Positions 38,735 to 49,034 are shown, numbered from the stretch's first letter. The stretch: 64,000 bases of DNA from Desulfosudis oleivorans (GCA_020723325.1 DYJD01000027.1:15697-79696); one strand, 5' to 3'. The notes: generated by a model from the sequence alone, not told the origin. Numbers and translations are program-made.

Positions 38735-39561
38735 CCACTCCTTATCAAGTCGGTCCCGTTGCTGGACATATTTATCAAACAGCCATTGTGCTGCATAACC
38801 TTTTTCACCGTATTCAGGTTAACCGGCCGCTGGTTGATTCTATCGGCCGCATAAAGTGATTTGGTGGCAATGCCGTTGATTTGCAGAGGGGTTACCGCGT
38901 GAGTCAACATAAATTCAGTCGCTTCCATCGTGAAAATTGAGTCCGGATCTTTAAAACATTGCTCAAGCAACCAATTACAATACTGATGCTGAAATCCGCT
39001 TAAATCTTCCAATTCAACATAGCAGGCTGATTTATCGAACCCGGCTGAGACTATCTTTTCTATGAGTTCGGGTTTGCCGAACAGCATGATGACAAGTCGG
39101 CTGTCATGTTGGCTGAAAAGTTCCGACAAGCTGATTAAATCAGTGACGGCCTTGTTGCTAAGCTGATGAGCATCGTCGATAAAGAGCACGGTCATGGTTT
39201 TGTTTTGGGTAATCGTTTGAATCAGGAAATTTTTCAACTCTTTTTTTCCCGGAACAGGCCTGTTTTTTGTCTTCCGGGCATCGAGGATCACTGCATACAT
39301 CATGGATGCGATCGTTACTTTGGATAGATCCAGTGCAAAAACCGTCGCTGTCAGAATTTTTTTTTCGGCGTTCAACTCTGCCTTGATCCGGCGGAGCAGT
39401 TTGGTTTTGCCGGTCCCGACTTGGCCTGTTACCATTACATGGCTTTGTTTATGGACAGCCGTTTTGATTGCATCATAGGCGGCTTTATAAGAAACGGTTT
39501 CAAACGTGCCGGCTTCTTCAAATGGTTTGATGAGTCCAAATTTCGCTAAATTGTAGTCCAT
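38731..39561 (-). CDS. ExeA-like AAA ATPase
   Basis: Walker A GQVGTGKT, Walker B LFIDDAH, LFGKPEL. Confidence 0.8.
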   Translation of the reverse strand: MDYNLAKFGLIKPFEEAGTFETVSYKAAYDAIKTAVHKQSHVMVTGQVGTGKTKLLRRIKAELNAEKKILTATVFALDLSKVTIASMMYAVILDARKTKNRPVPGKKELKNFLIQTITQNKTMTVLFIDDAHQLSNKAVTDLISLSELFSQHDSRLVIMLFGKPELIEKIVSAGFDKSACYVELEDLSGFQHQYCNWLLEQCFKDPDSIFTMEATEFMLTHAVTPLQINGIATKSLYAADRINQRPVNLNTVKKVMQHNGCLINMSSNGTDLIRSG

Positions 39562-39672
39562 TTCGGTATTATTAATTTTGCGGTTAAGCCCGAATTGACA
39601 TCCCAATTTTTGTATCTATGTTTGGGCAATATTGAGGTGTCGGTCTCACTACCGGCACCATCCCCCCCAATA

Positions 39673-39705
39673 TGCCCGGTCAGCAATGGCCGGGCTTCTT
39701 ATTTT
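39673..39705. terminator. Intrinsic terminator-like hairpin
   Basis: GCCCGGTCA-GCAA-TGGCCGGGC followed by a T-rich tract. Confidence 0.5.
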
Positions 39706-39753
39706 TGTTGGCTGGGGTTATGCTCGGAAAAAACGTATTGGGATTAAGAGGAA

Positions 39754-40167
39754 TTACGCTTTTGCGTAAACACCTTTTGATATCGCCTTGATCAGGCCTT
39801 TATTTCTTGCCTTGAAGACAATATTCGATATTTTTTTGGCATCAAATCCGGTCTTCTCCATCAGGGCTTTTGCGTCGATCCCGGACTCGCTGTTGCCAAT
39901 GATTTCGACAACTGATGCAAAGTCGGTCCCGGCTTTAGCGGTTGCCTTTTTGGCCACGGTCTTTTTAGGGGCTGGCTTCTTTTTTGCTGGTGCAGACTTT
40001 TTCCCGGCAGTCGCCTTTTTCACGGAAGTTTGTTTTGATGCTGCCTTCTTGGCTGGTTTGGATCGACCTATCTTGGTAAGGTCTTTGATGAATTTCTCCA
40101 ATTTATCCTTGATGGTTTTGACTTCCTTCTGAATTGCTTTGATTCCTTTTTCAATTTGGCTTGCCAT
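39754..40167 (-). CDS. Histone H1-like Lys/Ala-rich DNA-binding protein with C-terminal wHTH
   Basis: PAKKAASK..PAKKKPAPKKTVAKKATAK; C-terminal TGFDAKKISNIVFKARNKGLIK..KGVY. Confidence 0.75.
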   Translation of the reverse strand: MASQIEKGIKAIQKEVKTIKDKLEKFIKDLTKIGRSKPAKKAASKQTSVKKATAGKKSAPAKKKPAPKKTVAKKATAKAGTDFASVVEIIGNSESGIDAKALMEKTGFDAKKISNIVFKARNKGLIKAISKGVYAKA

Positions 40168-40194
40168 TATGGTTTCCTTTCATTGTCAAAAAGC

Positions 40195-40470
40195 CTAATT
40201 GTCCACGCGCTCTTTTAGTTCTTTGCCGCATTTGAAGAACGGCAGCTTCTTGGGTTTGATTTGTACTTTTTCGCCGGTCTTGGGGTTTGTGCCAACGTAT
40301 GGCTTGTAGGATTTTACAAAGAAGCTGCACAGCCCCCGGATTTCTACCCGTTGATTCTTTGCCAGTGCATCCGCCATGGAGGTGAAAAAAATATCTATGA
40401 TTTTGGCGGCTTCTTGTTTTGAAATTTTTGTCTCATTGCGTAAAGCGCTGATTAAATCGAGTTTGTTCAT
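40195..40470 (-). CDS. ihfB: Integration host factor / HU family protein (IHF-beta-like)
   Basis: MNKLDLI...RVEIRGLCSF...NPKTGEKV...PFFKCGKELKERVD. Confidence 0.85.
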   Translation of the reverse strand: MNKLDLISALRNETKISKQEAAKIIDIFFTSMADALAKNQRVEIRGLCSFFVKSYKPYVGTNPKTGEKVQIKPKKLPFFKCGKELKERVDN

Positions 40471-40620
40471 TTTTATCTGCGATTCGATGTTGAATAGGGG
40501 TTACATGAAAATGAGGGGATGGCTGATTTTATATATATATTGTGTCATAATGACGATAAATATTTGTTAAATCTCTTTTTGTCAATTATTTATAGTCAGT
40601 TAGTTGGTGTGAGGACCAAT

Positions 40621-40658
40621 TTGACTTTTGCACAAGAATGTTCTACATTGTAGAACAT
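40621..40658 (+). promoter_or_regulatory. TA promoter and operator
   Basis: TTGACT-N17-TACATT overlapped by the palindrome ATGTTCTACA-T-TGTAGAACAT. Confidence 0.7.
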
Positions 40659-40682
40659 CGATAAAGCAAGGGGAATGCTTAA

Positions 40683-40952
40683 ATGAAAACATATGTGGTT
40701 CGAGCACGTGTACCGGAAGAATTAAAGCAAAATTTTGAAGCGGCGGCAGCAGCGCATGGCTGGAATTTGAGTCATGCCATTCGACAATTGATGAATCAAT
40801 ATGTCGCCCAGGAGAAAGAGTTGGCCGCCCGGCGGTTAGAAACCTTAGAGGCGCTTGAAGACATAGAGGCCGGTCGTGTTGTAGCTGGTGACGAGGTTAT
40901 GAATTGGCTGAATAGCTGGGGAACTGATTTTGAGCGAGATGCACCGAGATGA
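40683..40952 (+). CDS. Ribbon-helix-helix antitoxin
   Basis: VVRARVPEELK...EALEDIEAGRVVAGDEVMNWLNSWGT. Confidence 0.82.
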   Translation: MKTYVVRARVPEELKQNFEAAAAAHGWNLSHAIRQLMNQYVAQEKELAARRLETLEALEDIEAGRVVAGDEVMNWLNSWGTDFERDAPR

Positions 40953-41224
40953 GGCTGCTGTTTTCAAAAGCGGCTGTAAAAGATTTGGTGAGACTCCGTG
41001 AGTTTATTGCCCAAAACAACCCCGGGGCGGCTCATCGGATCGCGCAAAGAATGCGCGGCGCTATCCTGGGGCTTGTCGATTCTCCCCAAATCGGCCGGCC
41101 GGTGATTGATGTACCGGGTGAGGTGCGTGAATTAATATTTGGAAAGTATATTATACGCTACGAAGTTAGGGATAGACTGTTATATATTTTAAGAATTTGG
41201 CATGGTAGAGAAAATCGGCCATGA
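40949..41224 (+). CDS. RelE/ParE family toxin
   Basis: FSKAAVKDLVRLREFIAQNNP.AA...PQIGRP...YIIRY...ILRIWHGRE; ATGA coupling. Confidence 0.88.
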   Translation: MRLLFSKAAVKDLVRLREFIAQNNPGAAHRIAQRMRGAILGLVDSPQIGRPVIDVPGEVRELIFGKYIIRYEVRDRLLYILRIWHGRENRP

Positions 41225-41313
41225 TTAAAGTCAAACTCTATATTCTGAATGTCGGATAAAATGCGGTTGCGTTTCATAACGGAAAAACCTTATTTGTGGT
41301 ACGCTTTTCCCGC

Positions 41314-41392
41314 CCTTGATCATCGTTTTGGCCGTATCGCGGCTGGAAGCCGCTCCAACAATGGGGGAATGGCTGAAGCGACGGTCAAGGCC
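41314..41392. repeat. REP-containing hairpin repeat copy 1
   Basis: GATCATCGTTTTGGCC arm, TCGCGGCTGGAAGCCGCTCC core, inverted arm. Confidence 0.75.
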
Positions 41393-41421
41393 CTTTTCCC
41401 AGTCGTGCTGTGTTGAAAATA

Positions 41422-43335
41422 TTATTTTTTTTGATTCGCAATACTGATAACACAACGAAACCCAACTCCTTCAAAAGCCTCCCAGGGGTGACGCTCGATA
41501 TAGAGAGGGATACTTTCTTTTCCCGCAAGGCCGGGATGCCCACCCAAAATAACGTACTCCATTCGGGCTGGATTGGTTTTATTCCCATCCGCTTCCAAGA
41601 TTTTAAGGCCCCACTCCCCGATTTCTTTATTCAACCCTCGAATTCCATATACATCAGGTTGAAGCATCATCGCCGGCGGTGGAATTCTGAAAACAGATTG
41701 AGGCATTATGACTTGATCCTGGTTCTGTTCATGGCGATGGGCAGCCGTCGTTACTGAATCTTGCTGTACGGACGAGGCTGTCTGGGTTTCTTTTTCCTTC
41801 TCCTTTTTTTCCGCACTTGCTACGTAAAGCCATTCCTCATATGTCGGTAAGCGTTTGTCATAAAATCGGGCGTAAGCGGAAGCCCCATACCCCGTTACGC
41901 GCAGTACCGGACAGGCCGCGTGTTCCGCGCCGTGGACATGAAATTTTCCGTTTTCAAAAACAATCGGTTCGTATCCCTTTCCTATTTCTCCTATCATCAG
42001 CCAAATCTTGGCTTTGTGTCGGACGATTTCGTTTTCCACCTTGATTCTTGGAAAAACCTGATTGAGAAATTCCACATACTGGTGGTTGGTAACCCAGGTC
42101 TCATCCATGTAAAAAGAGTTCAGATGACCGGAGTCGCTTTTGCCGGAAATTCCAGGCGGAACGGGATTCCCGGCCGGGATCAACCGCATAATGGAGTGAT
42201 CCTTACCTTGCAGGAGCTGGGATGATGAATCGATTTTCACATTTCCGGCTGCACCGGCGTCATTCCCCCGGGCCTGGTCGTGAATGCCGTGAATGTGTGA
42301 TCCTTCGCCCGGGATTCCGGTGTCGATGCTTTTTTTATGAAAAAAAATGCTCCCAATGCTGACCAGACCACCGAAAATAAGCAATGCCACGGCAAACAAA
42401 AGATTTTTTTTACCTTGCAGGATTTTTTCCTTCGTGGACTTGCCAGTGAGAATCGACGTTTTTTCTGTTGAACCAGTCTTTATAGTTGCCTGAATTACAT
42501 TCCGGAAGTCCTCCACAGATGAAAATCGCTGGCTTTTATCTTTTGCCGTTGCGGTTTGAATAATGCGGTCGATTTCTTGATAAAAAGAGGTGGCCGGGTT
42601 TTTCAGGCACGCCATTTGAAAAGGGATTTCATTGGAACTGATCGCCCCAGAGGCGGCTTCATAAAGAATTTTACCAAGTGAGTATATATCTGTCCGGTGA
42701 TCCGTCCTTTTTAAATCCGAAAAATGTTCGGGGGACATATAAGGGGGTGTCCCTTTGATATCCTTGGACTGGGTGACCGGTTTCAGTCTGTGTGAGCGCG
42801 CCAGACCGAAATCGGCAATCTTGGGAACATTTCCATCCATTAAAATATTTTCCGGTTTTAAATCCCGATGAATCACCCCAAGCTTATGCAGTGTCTCCAC
42901 TCCATCAAGCAAAGGTAGAAAATAGAGGAGCAGCCAGTCCTTCAATTGATTATCATCCGGATGAAATCCTTCTTCCGACATGGTGGATCGCAAGGTGGCC
43001 CCTGGGATGAATTCCATGGCGATATATCTGATATTACTTTCCGTCCCATTTTTCAGAAGTATGGTGCCATAGTCATAAAGATGCAGCACGTTGGGATGAT
43101 CGATCTGGGCCATGACTTGAACTTCACGCTGGAATCTCTCAAGGCACGTCTGGGCCTCATACGGATCATCTCCGAATTCTTGAAAGAATTTTTGTGAAAT
43201 GATCTTAAGGGCGATGTCGCGCTTCAGATTCAACTGGTGCACGCGGTACACTTCGCCCATGCCCCCCATGCCGATGAGTTCCATGACAACCCATCTGTCA
43301 TTAATGACCATGCCGGTTTCAAATGTGTTTTTCAC
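41422..43335 (-). CDS. Hanks-type Ser/Thr kinase with TM and C-terminal FGE/SUMF1-like domain
   Basis: IGMGGMGEVY, ALK, HRDLKPEN, DFG, GTPPYMSPE; VTNHQYVEFLN, RLPTYEEW, VGFRCV. Confidence 0.92.
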   Translation of the reverse strand: MKNTFETGMVINDRWVVMELIGMGGMGEVYRVHQLNLKRDIALKIISQKFFQEFGDDPYEAQTCLERFQREVQVMAQIDHPNVLHLYDYGTILLKNGTESNIRYIAMEFIPGATLRSTMSEEGFHPDDNQLKDWLLLYFLPLLDGVETLHKLGVIHRDLKPENILMDGNVPKIADFGLARSHRLKPVTQSKDIKGTPPYMSPEHFSDLKRTDHRTDIYSLGKILYEAASGAISSNEIPFQMACLKNPATSFYQEIDRIIQTATAKDKSQRFSSVEDFRNVIQATIKTGSTEKTSILTGKSTKEKILQGKKNLLFAVALLIFGGLVSIGSIFFHKKSIDTGIPGEGSHIHGIHDQARGNDAGAAGNVKIDSSSQLLQGKDHSIMRLIPAGNPVPPGISGKSDSGHLNSFYMDETWVTNHQYVEFLNQVFPRIKVENEIVRHKAKIWLMIGEIGKGYEPIVFENGKFHVHGAEHAACPVLRVTGYGASAYARFYDKRLPTYEEWLYVASAEKKEKEKETQTASSVQQDSVTTAAHRHEQNQDQVIMPQSVFRIPPPAMMLQPDVYGIRGLNKEIGEWGLKILEADGNKTNPARMEYVILGGHPGLAGKESIPLYIERHPWEAFEGVGFRCVISIANQKK

Positions 43336-45602
43336 AAATCCGCATCCTTGTATTTTTCCATGATCAATACAATTTCATCCTGGACGGCAAAAAAAGCGTC
43401 CACAACTTTCGGATCAAAATGGGTTCCTCGGCCTTCCTGGATAATGGTGAGAGCCGCCTCCAGTGCAAAGGCTTTTTTATATGGCCGTTTGGAAGTCAGG
43501 GCGTCAAAGACGTCGGCGATGGCGATAATACGCCCGGCCGGCGGGATTTCTTCCCCTTGAAGCCCCTTGGGATAGCCTGTACCGTCCCAGCGCTCGTGAT
43601 GAGTGAGCGCGATGACCTCGGCCAGCTTCATGAATTCTCCGCGGGAACCTCCGAGAATTTTCCCTCCCAGGATGGTGTGTTGTTTCATGGTTTCCCATTC
43701 TAGGGGATCAAGCTTGCCGGGCTTCAGCAGAATATCATCCGGAACGGCGATTTTTCCCACATCGTGCATGGGCGCCGCATACAGAATGGCTTCCACCATT
43801 TTTTTTCCCAGCCCCATTTGGTTGGCTATGGCGGCTGCGTAATGGCTCATGCGCTGCAGATGGGCGCCGGTGTCCTCATCCCGATATTCGGCGGCTAAAA
43901 GGAGCCGGTGAATGGTTTCCAGCGATACCTCTTTGATTTCATTGATGTAGGCTTCTGTCTCCCATTCAAAGGCCATGCGGCGGGCCAGTGTGCAAAGCAA
44001 TTTTATATCCTCTTCATGGATTTCCAATTCACTGGTATCCAGCATGGCCACGATACCCAATACCACTCCGCCGCTTGATAGAACGGGCACTCCCACATAA
44101 CTGAGGATGGAATGCTCGCGCAGGAAAGGGTCCGCAGGAAAGGCTTCCGCGGCCCGGGAATGTCGGCAAATGTTCTGGTTTTGACTGATTTCGGTACAGG
44201 GCGGTGCATTTGCGGGGAGGTTTATTCCATGCATAATGCCGCCTTGCTTGAAAAAAGAGACGATGGTTCTCGAACTGTCCCGAATCCTTTCCACAGTGGC
44301 CATACGGTGGCTCGTTACGGAAACAATAAACGCCACGACTTTATCGGCAATGTTGTTGGGATCTTTTGTGATGTGGACCCCCAAATCATAAAGTCCGGTT
44401 AAACGGTTGGTTTTTCCCTTCAGGGCATGCACCATGGTGTTAAAGCCCGAGCCCAGAATTTGTAACTCATCCCGACTGGTTATGTGCACGTTGGTTTCCA
44501 GATCACCACGGGAAACCCTTCTTATCGCCGAATGAAGCCGGTGAATGGAATCGAGAATGCGGCGTGCGAATAGGACGGAAAAGCTCCAGGTCATGCACAG
44601 AATCCCGAGGATCACATAGCCGAGAAAATTTTTAAACTGGCGCAAGGGGGCTTCCACCACTCGCCTGAGCGTATCAAAACCGATAGCCAGGGAAAGAGTG
44701 GGGGATAGTCGGAGGGTGGTGTAGAAAATTTCCCTTTCCCCGGAGAAAAGGACGCCTTCCTGGCCGGACAAAATTTCGGTGACCAGTTCCGGATATTCTG
44801 ATTTAAGATTTGTTTTGGCTATGGGAAGAGGGGTATTGCCGGTTTCCGGTAACTGATCCTGGGAAAGACTCAGGAAAGCGCCTTTTGCGTCGGCAATGAA
44901 AAATCTGCCTGCATCCTTGATCTGAAAAACGTCAAACCGTTTTTTAACATCCAGGAAACCCTGGGCTCGGACATCCGCCACGATCAAACCCCGCTTTCTT
45001 CCGACTGAATCAGAGAGGGCTGCGGCGTAACGGAAAACAGGGGGCTGTTGCGGATCAAGGTCCTGCTGAATGAGAGATATATCCACTATATTCTCACTCA
45101 TTTCCATGAATTTCATGAAATACGGTTGAAGAAAGGCGTTTTCAAGTTCGCCTTCGGGAACAACACGGATATTTTCGTTGTCATGATCCACCCGGACGAG
45201 TTCCATTCCGGTTGCGTCGATAAGACTAATCCGAATATAATGGTTTTTGATAAGCATTTCATTCCGGAAAATGGTTTCCAACTGCTGCTTCCATTGCTGA
45301 AAAGTGATTTTATCAACAGGATCGATGAGTCCGTTGTTATTTCTAGAACGGAAAATTCCTGAAACCGGCGGCAAGCGCAGCAATAATCGGAAACCCTCTT
45401 CCATATGGTTCATATGCACCTGAATGAGTTGCTTGATTTTATACAAGGACCCCATGTATTCGAATTCCATCATTTCGTGCACATGATGCCTGGCGGTGAT
45501 ATAGGCAAAACTTCCTATGGCTCCGGCGCAAGAAAGGCTCACAACCAGAACCAGGAGGGCGACTTTATACTTGAGTTTGAATATTTTTTTTGCCGCTTGC
45601 AT
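43332..45602 (-). CDS. HD-GYP c-di-GMP phosphodiesterase (periplasmic Cache-like, HAMP, GAF)
   Basis: TGAHLQRM, HDVGK, HHERWDGTGYP, IADVFDALTSKRPYK. Confidence 0.92.
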   Translation of the reverse strand: MQAAKKIFKLKYKVALLVLVVSLSCAGAIGSFAYITARHHVHEMMEFEYMGSLYKIKQLIQVHMNHMEEGFRLLLRLPPVSGIFRSRNNNGLIDPVDKITFQQWKQQLETIFRNEMLIKNHYIRISLIDATGMELVRVDHDNENIRVVPEGELENAFLQPYFMKFMEMSENIVDISLIQQDLDPQQPPVFRYAAALSDSVGRKRGLIVADVRAQGFLDVKKRFDVFQIKDAGRFFIADAKGAFLSLSQDQLPETGNTPLPIAKTNLKSEYPELVTEILSGQEGVLFSGEREIFYTTLRLSPTLSLAIGFDTLRRVVEAPLRQFKNFLGYVILGILCMTWSFSVLFARRILDSIHRLHSAIRRVSRGDLETNVHITSRDELQILGSGFNTMVHALKGKTNRLTGLYDLGVHITKDPNNIADKVVAFIVSVTSHRMATVERIRDSSRTIVSFFKQGGIMHGINLPANAPPCTEISQNQNICRHSRAAEAFPADPFLREHSILSYVGVPVLSSGGVVLGIVAMLDTSELEIHEEDIKLLCTLARRMAFEWETEAYINEIKEVSLETIHRLLLAAEYRDEDTGAHLQRMSHYAAAIANQMGLGKKMVEAILYAAPMHDVGKIAVPDDILLKPGKLDPLEWETMKQHTILGGKILGGSRGEFMKLAEVIALTHHERWDGTGYPKGLQGEEIPPAGRIIAIADVFDALTSKRPYKKAFALEAALTIIQEGRGTHFDPKVVDAFFAVQDEIVLIMEKYKDADL

Positions 45603-45684
45603 TGTTCAGCTCACTGATTGACTCGGGAGCGGATTATAAATTTTATCAGAAAACGATGGGCCGGCTTGAATCAGAGCACTTGCC

Positions 45685-46422
45685 TTAAAACCAGCGCACG
45701 AAACCAAAGGAAGCGCCGACGTCCGCCGAGGCGTCGCTCAACCCGAACGATAAGGCGGCCTGTACGGCGTAGTCCTTATTCAGCATATAAAACCCGCTGA
45801 GGTAAATATCCTGGGCCGTATCCGCGCCCGACACATAGGCGCCTTTGTTCTCATAGAAAACCGCTATTTCGCCGGCATTGAACGCCCGTGAGAGGCCGAG
45901 GGCATATACCGGCACATCGTTGTACTTCTGGAGCGCGCTGTCGCCGTTGATGATGTATCCGCCCTGGCCCATTAGGGCAAAGGAACCAAAGGCCTTTTTC
46001 AGCAGGATGAAACCGCCGAAATCCGCTTCGCCGGTTCCCAGGCCCTTGTTTTTGTCGGCGGTCGGCAGTTTGACAGCCAGCCCGCCGCTCAGCGTGAACC
46101 CGGCCATATCCTCGGTGATAATTTTATGGCTGCCGCGGATCAGGACGTCGCCGAGACCGGTTTCCGATTCACTGCCCTGGGTTCCGCTGCTTTGGGCCGA
46201 CAGGAGGGAAGTCGAGACAGCGGCCTCATAATTCCGGGCCGCATAGCCGACAGCCGGCGTCAGATAAAAAAGGCGGTAGTTCGTATCGGTGCCGAAATCC
46301 CCGCCACGGTAGCCGAGGGTTGTGGAAAAATAAGCGCGGCCGCTTCCGGCTCCGGCAAGGGAAGTCCACATCAAACAACAAAGGAACACGGCCGTTCCGA
46401 TCAGTTTTCCACGCGATTTCAT
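45685..46422 (-). CDS. Outer-membrane beta-barrel (transporter/porin-like)
   Basis: Signal peptide, ETGLGDV, VKLPTADKNKGLGTGEADF, terminal Phe. Confidence 0.75.
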   Translation of the reverse strand: MKSRGKLIGTAVFLCCLMWTSLAGAGSGRAYFSTTLGYRGGDFGTDTNYRLFYLTPAVGYAARNYEAAVSTSLLSAQSSGTQGSESETGLGDVLIRGSHKIITEDMAGFTLSGGLAVKLPTADKNKGLGTGEADFGGFILLKKAFGSFALMGQGGYIINGDSALQKYNDVPVYALGLSRAFNAGEIAVFYENKGAYVSGADTAQDIYLSGFYMLNKDYAVQAALSFGLSDASADVGASFGFVRWF

Positions 46423-46517
46423 GGAGTGTTTACGTGATTGGACGGGCGGATTGCGGAATAAATTTGTCTGTGTTCCGGTCGTGATTGCTATGGCTGGATT
46501 TTTCATTTTGCTCCTTC

Positions 46518-46672
46518 GGGCCTCGATCATCGTTTCAGCCGTATCGCGGCTGGAAGCCGCTCCTACCAAGCAGTGATGGCCGAAATGATGACCATGGCCC
46601 TCCTTTGATGTTGGGTCTTGATCATCGTTTCGGCCGGGCAGAAAAATCCGAAACCGAAAGAATGATCAAGAC
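46518..46672. repeat. REP-containing hairpin repeat copy 2 plus an empty hairpin
   Basis: Minus strand GTAGGAGCGGCTTCCAGCCGCGA; second arm pair at 46614-46672. Confidence 0.75.
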
Positions 46673-46679
46673 CGTTCTT

Positions 46680-47156
46680 TCAATTCATCGAGTGAACACC
46701 CTGCATCAAACTGTTCATTTCATCCATGCGTTTCTGCATTTGCGCGGTTGTCGCGGAATCCATATGGCCCTGGGCCATCTGCTTGGACATATCCTGCATG
46801 TTTTCAGAAATGCCTTTCATTACCTCGGACATCCGCTGCATGTCCGCCTGGGTCATTTGACCCTGCATCATCTGCTGCATGGCGCCGTTCATTTGCTGCA
46901 TCATGTTCATCATGCCCTGCATCATTTCATGGTTCATGCCGTGGGACATCATCTGGGAGCCGGTCATTTGACCGCCCATAATATGCCCGCCGCCGGAACC
47001 GGAATGCGAATCATGATCCATGCCGGACATCCCGCCGGTATCGGTGCCTGATTTAGAACTACCGCCCGTGCCGGACATGCCGCCGCCCATGCCTGCCAGG
47101 GCCGTCGAAGCCGACAACAGGAACGCCAGAATGATCATCATCGTAAATTTTTTCAT
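46680..47156 (-). CDS. Met/Gln-rich periplasmic protein (putative Cu/Ag binding), paralog 1
   Basis: Signal peptide ASTALA-GMG; MQGMMNMMQQM repeats; AAGGAG RBS. Confidence 0.8.
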   Translation of the reverse strand: MKKFTMMIILAFLLSASTALAGMGGGMSGTGGSSKSGTDTGGMSGMDHDSHSGSGGGHIMGGQMTGSQMMSHGMNHEMMQGMMNMMQQMNGAMQQMMQGQMTQADMQRMSEVMKGISENMQDMSKQMAQGHMDSATTAQMQKRMDEMNSLMQGVHSMN

Positions 47157-47244
47157 GTTTCTCTCCTTTCGCAGTTTGGAGGGGAATGCTGCAACTCTGT
47201 AATCCAGCATGGTAGCCGTACGCGGGTGAATCCAGTAATACCGA

Positions 47245-47694
47245 TCAGTTCTTTTTTGTCTTGATTCCCTGCATCTTTCGATTTATTTCATCCATGCGCT
47301 TCTGCATTTGCGCGGTTGTCGCGGAATCCATACGGCCCTGAGCCATCTGCTTGGACATGTCCTGCATGTTTTCGGACATGTCTTTCATCACCTCGGACAT
47401 CTGCTGCATGTCCGCCTGGGTCATTTGACCCTGCATCATCTGCTGCATGGCGCCGCTCATCTGCTGCATCATGTTCATCATGCCCTGCATCATCTGGGTA
47501 TTCATGTTTTGGGACATCATCTGGGAGCCGGTCATTTGACCGCTCCCCATGTGACCGCTGCCTTGACCGGTGCCCGAAGTTCCGCCCATGTCGCCCGTCC
47601 CCGAGCCTGAGCTGCCGCCCATGCCCATTCCCGCTAGGGCTGTCGAAGCCGTCAAGATGAATCCCAAGGCAACCATCAATGTAATTCTTTTCAT
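47245..47694 (-). CDS. Met/Gln-rich periplasmic protein, paralog 2
   Basis: C-terminal half near-identical to paralog 1; AAGGAGGA RBS. Confidence 0.8.
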   Translation of the reverse strand: MKRITLMVALGFILTASTALAGMGMGGSSGSGTGDMGGTSGTGQGSGHMGSGQMTGSQMMSQNMNTQMMQGMMNMMQQMSGAMQQMMQGQMTQADMQQMSEVMKDMSENMQDMSKQMAQGRMDSATTAQMQKRMDEINRKMQGIKTKKN

Positions 47695-47845
47695 TTTGTC
47701 CTCCTTAAAGATTGTTTATTGTTCGAAACCATCTCTTAAAATATGGCGCGGTATGTCCGTTTTTCAGGAAGTGTGAATTTTTTGCGCGCATGGCTCATGC
47801 GTTTATATCAATCCCACATTACACTTCTCACATCTCACTTCTCAC

Positions 47846-48442
47846 TTACTCCCGCTGAATCCACATCTCCCACAGGGCGCGCAGCGCCACGAAAGCGAAA
47901 ATTCCACCAAACAGGCTTCCCGCGGGCGCATGCAACCAGAAGAACAGCGGTGATACATAGTTTTTAAGCCACACCGCGGCAATATCCGTCAAAACGCCCG
48001 CAAACGGCAGGGCCACCAATAGGTTTCGAACACGCGCAGGCAGACTGAGCATGCAAGCGATGGCGCCCATGAAGAAAAAGATCATGTTCATGCCGAAAAT
48101 ATGGATATGGGTCCATTTCAAGAGCCAGACAAATTGCTCGGTCTTGTGGAAGGGTGGCTTTGCCTGGGGTTGAGCCGGGGCGACCGGCGCATCGAACAGA
48201 TCGCCATGAGCGCCCGCCATATGCATCCCTTTATGCATAGCCGGTGAATCCGGCCCAGGCGTTGCGGCGGGCGCCTGGCCGGCCGTTGATTTCACTTTCT
48301 CGAAGGTGGGAATAATATCATGGACGATGATTTGTCCCATGGCGCCCACCATGGCCAGGGATAATGTAACAATGACCGCCGTGATCAAAACCTTTACGGG
48401 CGGTGCTAAATCGGCCAATCTTGGCGTTTGCAATATGTTCAT
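47846..48442 (-). CDS. Inner-membrane protein with a His/Met-rich loop
   Basis: Four TM segments, MHKGMHMAGAHG, WTHIHIFGM. Confidence 0.7.
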   Translation of the reverse strand: MNILQTPRLADLAPPVKVLITAVIVTLSLAMVGAMGQIIVHDIIPTFEKVKSTAGQAPAATPGPDSPAMHKGMHMAGAHGDLFDAPVAPAQPQAKPPFHKTEQFVWLLKWTHIHIFGMNMIFFFMGAIACMLSLPARVRNLLVALPFAGVLTDIAAVWLKNYVSPLFFWLHAPAGSLFGGIFAFVALRALWEMWIQRE

Positions 48443-48531
48443 ATTCTTCGTGCCCTTCGTGGTGAAAAAATATCATCCCGCGTTGTAAAATATGCCGTGG
48501 TTGCCATGAAATTCCCTTTGCGCATAGGCTT

Positions 48532-48559
48532 GTAGGGGCGAAAAATTTTTCGTCCCTAC
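48532..48559. repeat. GTAG-type REP-like palindrome
   Basis: GTAGGGGCGAAAAATTTTTCGTCCCTAC. Confidence 0.6.
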
Positions 48560-48574
48560 GTTCACGATTCCGTC

Positions 48575-48928
48575 TTATTCACCGCTGAAATTGGAACCGG
48601 TATATTTTCCTGCTTGTGAAAAAAAGATATTGACGGTTTTAGGGGAACCTTCGCGGCGGTGAAAGGAAACCGTGAATTCATTCCCCGCCTTTGCCTGCTG
48701 CACGGAAATTTCCACCTTGACCAGTCCCGTCTCCCAATTCGGATCCAGTTTTCCGTTTGCTAGAAGCTTGTCATAAAGTACGGTGGCTTCCTGCAGCACT
48801 TTAAATGCGGTGGCCGATTCTTCTTGATGCTTTCCGCCGTGCCCCACGGCGCTGGAATTCCAAAACAAGGTGATACAGGCAAATACGATACACCCAAATA
48901 ATTTTTGATTTTGAAAAATATTGATCAT
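48575..48928 (-). CDS. Small periplasmic protein (DUF6488-like)
   Basis: Signal peptide then GHGGKH; GKLDPNW; IFFSQAGKYTGSNFSG. Confidence 0.65.
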   Translation of the reverse strand: MINIFQNQKLFGCIVFACITLFWNSSAVGHGGKHQEESATAFKVLQEATVLYDKLLANGKLDPNWETGLVKVEISVQQAKAGNEFTVSFHRREGSPKTVNIFFSQAGKYTGSNFSGE

Positions 48929-48950
48929 AAGGCGCCTCCTGATGAATTAC

Positions 48951-49030
48951 GGTCTTGGTCATCTTTTCGGCTTTATCGCGGCTGGAAGCAGCTCCCACAA
49001 TGGAGGGTGGCCGAAACAATGATCAAAGCC
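48951..49030. repeat. REP-containing hairpin repeat copy 3
   Basis: Same arm-core-arm structure as copies 1 and 2. Confidence 0.75.
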
Positions 49031-49034
49031 TGAA

